IMG/VR virus record: IMGVR_UViG_3300047669_001906
Coordinates: 1-25,938 of that record
DNA from: a virus
Lineage: Duplodnaviria; Caudoviricetes
Strand: one strand, 5' to 3'
DNA: 25,938 nt
Made by a program: the position numbers and the translations under genes. Numbering within the stretch: the stretch's first letter is position 1; each line of letters opens with the position of its first letter. Shown in pieces: positions 18,701 through 25,029 of the stretch. The notes under the pieces are model-generated. The model worked only from the letters and a program-made list of their open reading frames with translations, was not told the DNA's origin and searched no databases.

Positions 18701-19569
18701 CGAAAGGACAGGCTGCGGTATTCCCAGAGGCGCCGCATATCGAAGCAACAGACTTGTTGCTCTATCGATTGACTATTCCTGCATATACGCTCGTTGATGG
18801 GGCGGGCATTCCTACTAATGTCACCGTGAAGTCGTACGACTACAAGCGATACACAATGCGGGACATCGCAAAGGTGGACGACCGTGTAAAGCGGGTAGAG
18901 TACTATACGGCACTGTCGCAACTGGAACGCCTCACGCTTGACACGACGGAACTAGATGCCGACGACAACGAGCGGTTCAAGAACGGGATTGTGGTGGATA
19001 ATTTTACAAGCACCGGAACCGCGCATGTGTCCCATATAGACTTCGCCGCGTCCATTGACACACGCAAGCACGTACTACACTCCGCGTTCAGATCGTTCTC
19101 GACGCAGTTCAGCACGGACTATGCGAACACCACCACGGCTGGTATTACCGTTGTTGGTGATATCGCCATTCCGGCCTATACGACGGAGGAGTTCATTTCA
19201 CAGCCGTTAGCAACCAAATCGGTTTCGGTAAACCCATTTGATATCGGTTCCTTCTACGGGAAGATTCAATTGTCACCAGCGGTGGATACGTGGAAGTCTA
19301 CCACGACACTTCCGGCACAGGTAATAGACGGGGGTGGTCCGACGCAAGCGTGGATCAATGCAAACCTGCCTGCGTACACGGTGTGGGGTGAATGGAATAC
19401 GACATGGACCGCAACAGCACCCGAAGAAGAAGAAGAAGAAGAGAATGGCACAGAATGGCGTGTCAACGAGGGGAGTGAGAGCGCAAAGGCAGGCGAGTAT
19501 AATTGGCGAAGTTGGGAAGCCTGGGACGCCGCCGGTAATCCACCACTCGTAAGACGGACCGACGTTTGA
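15721..19569 (+). CDS. Large virion structural protein, VrlC/DUF4815-like, N-terminal part
   Basis: PYYDDY...FHRIMFRP...VQARELTQIQ..LQ.Q, A.GAHR, LARRTYDESGDY, GKAYVRGFE, LDTGQRDN.Y, KRYTMRDI.....R...VEYYT.LS.LE, RFKNG..VDNF, QPLAT..V.VNPF and L.P..DTW are hallmarks of this family in environmental T4-like phages. Confidence 0.85.
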   Translation: MALSNTTENTLRTTPYYDDYYEVANTTTGLLRGDDFDFHRIMFRPRYGVQARELTQIQTLLQSQLEHLGTTQFRDGDRVLGASLTIDTSANSGQVLATTNLASFFNRTTNDGKYVYAKVAGVTDLTTTGRITQFVSIDDAETTNNYLVFKYTSTNTFGAEGVIQDRDDATVTATFAAGANSSVFHSASTISVDEGVMFVSGFFVRVKPQTIVLDALTNTPSYRVGMEVVEEFLDELDDVVGASLLDEANRSAVGAHRFRVRLTLSKRAITDTADAGFIEIARVVDGQILYTQSNAKYVTAAELKLTLARRTYDESGDYMIRPFLPVVEAASLANSTNSADITTLQLSLSSGKAYVRGFEMETTAPVRLSIDKGRTTESATNRTLPATVGSYLLVNRVSGTTAPNNYFVGTTTVDVHSVAPTSIDTASATTYAYSKIGTAKVRMLESYSVPLAAAISELANSSVYKLFTYDWNFTSLTGNLASTATIVDGAIQLPVAVGDGFPAVNTAITGATVVLSGAASPVTGTFTANSYHFLGSDAYITLKEYLAVLPNANTTYRLLFQPRDADAFTLYDATKAYDNAIYADNLSFQANVAPAGKINGTPNGYSLISSTGTNKLIYQLPEKFIESGSIDTSTATFSTWHASASNTRTFSSATSGALSLSFAGNTFSIPAGTYTAEEARKYFTIFDITADANGYGQVVQFTDSTPAGSERAINGVSISSAGSPTGSEYHLSFTYYHGASTSDTRTFIATGKALVTGSSARTKNYYVGNTTSYHASATTALVNGQVEYHTLNTAPSFAYSLRTHDVTNLRKVLYKSSNTVFSTGDMSTATDVTSHFRLDTGQRDNHYNYGRAIVGTGASAVIVTTGRLLFIFDHFMHSGIGYATVDSYLSTNNVDKGMTYDTIPTYVSPKYGRGTNLRACLDFRVAQGHYGAATGNVALVFASTNTSANSTYAASDGTPYLIPVSDDIWNGDYDYYLARKDAVSITANGAFHVTKGQAAVFPEAPHIEATDLLLYRLTIPAYTLVDGAGIPTNVTVKSYDYKRYTMRDIAKVDDRVKRVEYYTALSQLERLTLDTTELDADDNERFKNGIVVDNFTSTGTAHVSHIDFAASIDTRKHVLHSAFRSFSTQFSTDYANTTTAGITVVGDIAIPAYTTEEFISQPLATKSVSVNPFDIGSFYGKIQLSPAVDTWKSTTTLPAQVIDGGGPTQAWINANLPAYTVWGEWNTTWTATAPEEEEEEENGTEWRVNEGSESAKAGEYNWRSWEAWDAAGNPPLVRRTDV
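19423..19443 (+). repeat. (GAA)6GAG microsatellite encoding poly-Glu
   Basis: Directly visible near the 3' end of the first VrlC-like ORF. Confidence 0.9.
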
Positions 19570-19602
19570 GCGACGGCTAACACATAACTTTCGAAGGACA
19601 CT

Positions 19603-22600
19603 ATGTCAGAAACAGTAACCGCATCTGTGTCGGAACGCACAGGCACCGAATTTTCATACACCTCGCAAACGAATACACAGTCACTTGGCAACGTGATTTT
19701 GGACACCTCTGTTGTTCATAGTATCCGAGCCCGAGACGTTGTGTTCGCCGCCAATGGGTTGCGTCCGAATGCCACGCTGTATCCGTTTTTTGATAGTGTG
19801 TCGGTGCAAAAATATGTGCAGCAAGCAAATGTGCTTGAACTGAACCCCGTCGCTGCGAGTGACATTCCCTCGGGCACCTTCTTCATTGGACAGACGCTCT
19901 ATGTGAAAAAAGCCTTGACGGGGACCGTAAGCACTATCACCAATTCAACGGCAGTCACCGGAACCAGTACTGAGTTTGACTTCGAATTGTTGTCGAATCA
20001 GTTGGTGCGTGTCAAGTCTGGTGTGGATGTGTTTGATCGATACATCGCCAGTGTTTCGTCAAACACCGCCGCGACCTTCGATAGCAATGCTGCCCTCAGG
20101 TTGAATGGTGCAACCCTTTACACATTGACCCGTGTCGTGGTCGCAGATGTCACCCCGCGTTTGTCGAACTCGGGCGCTACGATCACATACACACTCAAGT
20201 GCACTCGGGCGCAGCAGGATGTGGACGCTGATGCCATTCTTGGGCCCGGGCTGAACTACGGCAGTGCGACGGGTACATTTACGGATCGTGGATCGCGCCT
20301 CATTCTACCGGAAGATAATGGCGCGTATGCTCGGAAGTTTAGCTACGCCGCCGGGAGTTTGCGCCCCGAGAAAATGGCGAAAGATTCTGGTGTTGGCACG
20401 GTCGGTGCCGAGGTTATTTTGCCGATGTCCTCCCGTACGTCCAGTGTTCTCAGCGCGGCCAGTGTTGCGGTAGAAACAAAGACACTCACGGTTAACACGG
20501 CGGTGATTACCTCGGGCGTCGTGCGGGCGTATGATTCAAACAACCTTCGGTTGGACGTGGACATCACGGATACCAAAATCGCCAACACCACGGTGATCTA
20601 TTTTGTCGGTGGGCCTGGCGCGGGACAGAGTGCGAGTGTCACCAACTATCACTCAGCGAACCAGACGGCGGTTATTGATACAAGCGCACTCACAGATATC
20701 ACAGCGGGACAGACGATCTATAGCGTCGGGTCGTTGTCATCTGATGGGTTCCTTGCGAACAGTACGGTGACTGCGGGTGGTGCGGGTACCGTATCGGGGG
20801 TGCTTCATCTTCAGGAAGGGCAGTTCGCGACTGGTCAACGACTCTTCCGTTTGACGGATAGCAGTACAAACGATCTCTCAAGCGCCACGACCACCGCAGA
20901 AACCAACTATGTGGCCTCCGGTTTGTCGGTGTCGCAGCAACCCACTAGTATCGTATCTCGTACCACCAATGTCACGCGACGTGGTGTCCACGACTCTCGT
21001 TATTGGGAGAACGACACCTACACGTCATGCCCAGAAGGATGGGCAGATCCACTAGCGGAAACGTTCCTTGTGGATGCGACACGCTTTCCACAGGGTATCA
21101 TGCTAGCCTCGGTGGACTTGGTGTTCTCAGCAAAACCTACCGATGACATTCCAGTCACGGTTGAACTTCGACCAGTTATCAATGGATATCCTTCGTCATA
21201 TCAGGTAGTGCCGTGTGCGTCACCAGAAGGACAAGCGTCTACCACACTGCGGTACGACGCCGTGAATGTTGTCACAACGGATTTGTCTACCGCGTTCAGC
21301 AACACATCCGCGTACACGCGATTCACGATGCCCTCACTGGTTCACCTGTTGCCTGGTATTGAGTACGCCCTTGTGGTTCGCTCCGACTCTTCGGAATATA
21401 AAGTCTACACCGCCGAACTCGGCGCGCAGGTGCTTGGCACCGATAAGAAGGTTGCGAAGCAGCCCTATGCGGGCAGCTTCTTCAAGTCACAGAACGGATC
21501 GACGTGGACCGAAACACCATTTGAAGATATGATGTTCCGCTTGAACAAAGCAAAGTGGACATTGTCGAGTGGTGCGAACACTGGCATCCTTGTCGCCCGT
21601 GGCGTGCAACCGGCGACAACCAAGACATTTGATTCGATGACGTTCTATCCGTATGAAGTTACCTTCCCGTTGGTGACATCGACGAGCTATTCGTTGAGCG
21701 TCAAGCCAGAAGGTTCGGGCACCGCAGTTGCGTATAGCGTTCAACCGAACAAACTGGTAGCGTTGTCCTCACGGTCGTTCTTAACCGGGAGCTACGACGC
21801 GAACGCTGCGCCACAGTTCTACCCTGCTTTTGCGAATAGTGCGCCAGCGGGTCAGACAGTCAGCGGGGTGTCAGCGAATACCATCGATACCATCGCCACG
21901 CTCACAACGCGAAGCACTGATGTCGCACCGTATGTCGATCTAAAAAAGATGACTGTCCTTGGTATACAGAATCGCATCAATGAGATGGAACTGTATGCGA
22001 CACAGTTTGTCATTCTCGATCCCGGTAGTGGCTATGCGAATGCGGCCGCAGCCACAGGCACCGTCACGACGGTCGCATCGTCTAACGTTGTGACAGGGAC
22101 GGGCAGTGCGTTCCTCACCTCAGTTATTGTGGGACGAGATGTGGTGATCGGGGCCAACTTGGCGGTGACCGTTGCGTCCATCGAAAGCGACTCTCAGTTT
22201 ACTGCGACAACGACCGCCGGTGAAGCCCGCGTCGCGAATGCGTTCTCGACCTTTGCGAACCTGACGATGACAATAAGCGCCAGTAATGTCGGTGCGAATG
22301 CAGTAGGATACGCAGTTGTATCCACCGTCAATAGTTCCATCGTCACGGGCACTGTTACTAGTCTTGTGTTAACGACTGACGGAAGTGGCTACCTCACTAC
22401 GCCGACTGTTACGGTATCTGGCAATGCGGCGCTGACGTATCGTGGCGAGGACTCCGCACAGCATGGTAATGCGCTGACACGATACTTCACACGGGAGGTG
22501 TCGTTAGCGGAAGGGTTCGACGCTCGCGACATCAAGATGTACTTTGATGGATATCGCCCCGAGGGTACTAACTTCTATGCCTATTACAAGGTGCTATCGG

Positions 22601-22857
22601 GCACGTTGGATAGCGAGAGGTTTGCGGATCAGCCATGGCGATTGATGACACAAATCACGCCGGATGGAGTGATCAGCACACGTGCCACACAGTATCGGGA
22701 GTTTGAGTTCCGCACGCCGCAAAGTCAAGCGTTGACATCATCTACGGATACCACGGATCGGTTCAAAGTGTTCTCCATTAAAATAGTGATGTCTACCAAC
22801 GATACGACCGTCGTGCCGAAGATTCGCAACTTCCGCGCTATTGCCTTGGATGAGTAA
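19603..22857 (+). CDS. Large virion structural protein, VrlC/DUF4815-like, C-terminal part
   Basis: It has an AAGGA RBS and motifs IRAR.V.F...GLRPN...YPFFD, F.TG.R.FRLTDS, DPLAETF.V......G..L.SVDL.FS.KP, T.F.....V.L....EYA.V, QPY.GSFFKSQNGSTWT....ED.MF.L.KA, and the terminal F..FSIKIVM......VP.I.N.RAIAL. Confidence 0.85.
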   Translation: MSETVTASVSERTGTEFSYTSQTNTQSLGNVILDTSVVHSIRARDVVFAANGLRPNATLYPFFDSVSVQKYVQQANVLELNPVAASDIPSGTFFIGQTLYVKKALTGTVSTITNSTAVTGTSTEFDFELLSNQLVRVKSGVDVFDRYIASVSSNTAATFDSNAALRLNGATLYTLTRVVVADVTPRLSNSGATITYTLKCTRAQQDVDADAILGPGLNYGSATGTFTDRGSRLILPEDNGAYARKFSYAAGSLRPEKMAKDSGVGTVGAEVILPMSSRTSSVLSAASVAVETKTLTVNTAVITSGVVRAYDSNNLRLDVDITDTKIANTTVIYFVGGPGAGQSASVTNYHSANQTAVIDTSALTDITAGQTIYSVGSLSSDGFLANSTVTAGGAGTVSGVLHLQEGQFATGQRLFRLTDSSTNDLSSATTTAETNYVASGLSVSQQPTSIVSRTTNVTRRGVHDSRYWENDTYTSCPEGWADPLAETFLVDATRFPQGIMLASVDLVFSAKPTDDIPVTVELRPVINGYPSSYQVVPCASPEGQASTTLRYDAVNVVTTDLSTAFSNTSAYTRFTMPSLVHLLPGIEYALVVRSDSSEYKVYTAELGAQVLGTDKKVAKQPYAGSFFKSQNGSTWTETPFEDMMFRLNKAKWTLSSGANTGILVARGVQPATTKTFDSMTFYPYEVTFPLVTSTSYSLSVKPEGSGTAVAYSVQPNKLVALSSRSFLTGSYDANAAPQFYPAFANSAPAGQTVSGVSANTIDTIATLTTRSTDVAPYVDLKKMTVLGIQNRINEMELYATQFVILDPGSGYANAAAATGTVTTVASSNVVTGTGSAFLTSVIVGRDVVIGANLAVTVASIESDSQFTATTTAGEARVANAFSTFANLTMTISASNVGANAVGYAVVSTVNSSIVTGTVTSLVLTTDGSGYLTTPTVTVSGNAALTYRGEDSAQHGNALTRYFTREVSLAEGFDARDIKMYFDGYRPEGTNFYAYYKVLSGTLDSERFADQPWRLMTQITPDGVISTRATQYREFEFRTPQSQALTSSTDTTDRFKVFSIKIVMSTNDTTVVPKIRNFRAIALDE

Positions 22858-23063
22858 TGCTGATACAGACCGATGACCGCAAGCATGTACGGGACACCTA
22901 TAACAACGCGTTACTATTAACCGACAAAAAGGCTCTCACGCGGTCGCGGGCCCGACGCGAATCCGCGAAGGGCGTATTGTCCCTTAGATCTGAGATTGAC
23001 GAATTGCAAGCACATGTGTTACAATTGACTTTACATGTCACACAACTTCTTAAGGCAAGATAA
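22857..23063 (+). CDS. Small coiled-coil protein of the type usually following VrlC-like genes in T4-like phages
   Basis: TAATG coupling at both ends; RD..N.A...TD motif plus a C-terminal heptad (LRSEIDELQAHVLQL). Confidence 0.7.
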   Translation: MLIQTDDRKHVRDTYNNALLLTDKKALTRSRARRESAKGVLSLRSEIDELQAHVLQLTLHVTQLLKAR

Positions 23064-23749
23064 TGGCTAAGGTTGCTGGTAGTATTTGGGTCGAAGGAAC
23101 CGCGCTTCATTATGTGGATAGCGCGGCTGTAGAATATTATATTATCGGCACCAACAAGGGGTCGGCCGGCGCCGGTATAAATGGCTCAATTTGGATGGAG
23201 TCTGATCGTTTACGGTATGTAGATACCTCTGGAAACATACGCGAATGTTCTACTATAGACACCTATGGTACACATACGGGCGCGGTTGCCGGATCACTGT
23301 GGATAGAAAATACTGCGGCTGGGAATCAGCAGTTACGGTATATTGCCAGCGGAACTGGTGAGAACTCCCCGCATGATGATGTGGCATTTGGGGACGTATC
23401 ACATTCGGACGTGGCGCATACCGATACGACTACACACAACGATATACATACCGATAACCATAGCGACTCTGGCGGGCCCGGCCACACGGATTCGGCCGAA
23501 GGTAGTGGCCATGCTGATCATAACGATGATCATGGTGACCACGATGATGATAGCGATCACACTGATAACGACGGGCAGCCGCACGGAGATCACAGCGACG
23601 GCGCGGGGCACGGCGATCATAACGATGATCATGGTGACGAAACTACCGAGTCGCACACCGATAGTTCTAGCCATTCGGACGTAGCACACACAGATGTTCC
23701 ACACGCAGATGCCACACATGCTGATCAGCCCATTTACGTGGGTGCGTAA
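23063..23749 (+). CDS. His-x-Asp repeat protein: three N-terminal GS(I/L)W.E...L.Y repeats plus 22 HxD motifs; candidate radical-SAM substrate and candidate virion fibre/decoration
   Basis: The ORF is coupled to the structural operon and its motifs are directly visible. Function is inferred from the adjacent rSAM/SPASM gene. Confidence 0.8.
   Translation: MAKVAGSIWVEGTALHYVDSAAVEYYIIGTNKGSAGAGINGSIWMESDRLRYVDTSGNIRECSTIDTYGTHTGAVAGSLWIENTAAGNQQLRYIASGTGENSPHDDVAFGDVSHSDVAHTDTTTHNDIHTDNHSDSGGPGHTDSAEGSGHADHNDDHGDHDDDSDHTDNDGQPHGDHSDGAGHGDHNDDHGDETTESHTDSSSHSDVAHTDVPHADATHADQPIYVGA
23372..23725 (+). repeat. HxD tripeptide array with internal duplications (exact 24-nt repeat at 23516-23539 and 23615-23638; HSDVAHTD twice)
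   Basis: Counted by hand from the translation and the nucleotide sequence. Confidence 0.92.
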
Positions 23750-23769
23750 AGTTTTACGGCAAAAATATT

Positions 23770-25029
23770 ATGAGTATTGAGATTCGACCTGTTGGCGTCA
23801 GTTGTCAGTTGCAATGCACCTATTGTTATGAAGAGGGAATGCGAGAAGAGCAGCGATCACATCGATATGATCGTGATGCGGTATTAGCCTCCATCAAAAA
23901 ACTTGGTCCCAAGGACCATTTCTCTTTATTTGGTGGGGAGTGTTTGTTATTGCCACTCCATCATCTTGAGGAACTCCTGTCAATTTCCCATGCCCGATCA
24001 GGTCGTTCATCGGTGCAGACTAATGGCGCATTGATTACCGACAAACATATTGAACTGTTCATTAAGTACAACACACATGTGGGTATTTCATTAGATGGCC
24101 CAGATGAATTAAATGACAGTCGGTGGGCAGGTACATTAGAGGCGACACGCAAGCAGACAGCACGAACGCTTCATGCGATTGATACGTTGCTTTCGTTATC
24201 GGTACAACATCCGCGTCTTCGGCCCAGTCTTATTGTCACTATGCACGCCGGGAATTCTAGTGCAGAACGATTTCCTCGGTTTGTGTCATGGCTTCATGAG
24301 TTAGATGATCGGGGGCTTAAACAGATAAATCTTCATACAATGGAGATGGATCACAAAGCAGATACATTATACCTGCCACAAGAAGAATTGTCGGATCGGT
24401 TATTGGACATTTGGCGAATCCATGTTCCAACATTTAAGCAACTACGCATGTCTAAATTTGAGGAGATTTTGAAACTCCTCAGGGGTGCTGATGATGTCGT
24501 GTGTCATTGGAAACCGTGCGACCCGTGGAATACAAGTGCCGTCAACGGTATTGAGAACGACGGTTCTGTCTCTCACTGCTCGCGAACAAACAAAGACGGG
24601 TTCAACTGGATGCCAGCAGAGGGGTCGGGCGACCCAAATGGTAGTTTCATAGGGCACCCAGGCGCTCGCCACTATGAACGACAGATGGCGCTCTACCAAG
24701 CACCACAAGAATTTGGTGGATGCAAAGATTGTGAATATTGGTTGATGTGCTACGGTCAATGCCCAGGCGAAGGGCAGTCCAATGATTGGCGAATGCGTTC
24801 TACATATTGTTCAACATACAAGAAGTTATTTGCAGAAGGCGCACGAAGACTTCGTGAGGCGGGGACGATTCCGCTGTGTGACTGGACGAATAGAAAAGAA
24901 CTTGAGCAGGCAGCGTTTTCGAAATGGCAGAATCAATCATCGTCACACTTATCAACATTAACCGGGCAGCCCAACGGCGGTAGGCAATCTCACGGCGATC
25001 ACACGGATCACAATGATAATACATTATGA
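23770..25029 (+). CDS. Radical SAM / SPASM-domain enzyme (anSME / peptide-maturase class)
   Basis: CQLQCTYC (CxxxCxxC), FGGE, QTNG and GISLDGP..LND.R in the core. The C-terminal Cys cluster (C.WKPC...DG.V..C...CKDC...MC.G.CP...YC) is consistent with SPASM auxiliary clusters. Confidence 0.93.
   Translation: MSIEIRPVGVSCQLQCTYCYEEGMREEQRSHRYDRDAVLASIKKLGPKDHFSLFGGECLLLPLHHLEELLSISHARSGRSSVQTNGALITDKHIELFIKYNTHVGISLDGPDELNDSRWAGTLEATRKQTARTLHAIDTLLSLSVQHPRLRPSLIVTMHAGNSSAERFPRFVSWLHELDDRGLKQINLHTMEMDHKADTLYLPQEELSDRLLDIWRIHVPTFKQLRMSKFEEILKLLRGADDVVCHWKPCDPWNTSAVNGIENDGSVSHCSRTNKDGFNWMPAEGSGDPNGSFIGHPGARHYERQMALYQAPQEFGGCKDCEYWLMCYGQCPGEGQSNDWRMRSTYCSTYKKLFAEGARRLREAGTIPLCDWTNRKELEQAAFSKWQNQSSSHLSTLTGQPNGGRQSHGDHTDHNDNTL

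Noticed and set aside
19567-19602. Stop-codon readthrough or recoding joining the two in-frame VrlC-like ORFs
   Set aside because: Two different stops (TGA, TAA) intervene, the second ORF has its own RBS, and TGA, TAA and TAG all end other genes normally here.
23733-23758. Short inverted repeats (tttacg / cgtaaa / tttacg) around the HxD gene stop
   Set aside because: The stems are only 5-6 bp and AT-rich with no U-tract, too weak to call a terminator or switch.
23770-25029. Annotating the rSAM as an anaerobic sulfatase maturase or a DNA-modification/queuosine enzyme
   Set aside because: No sulfatase is nearby, it has SPASM-type cysteines unlike QueE, and the HxD neighbour plus HxD tail point to a peptide/protein substrate. 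Not formally excluded without phylogeny.
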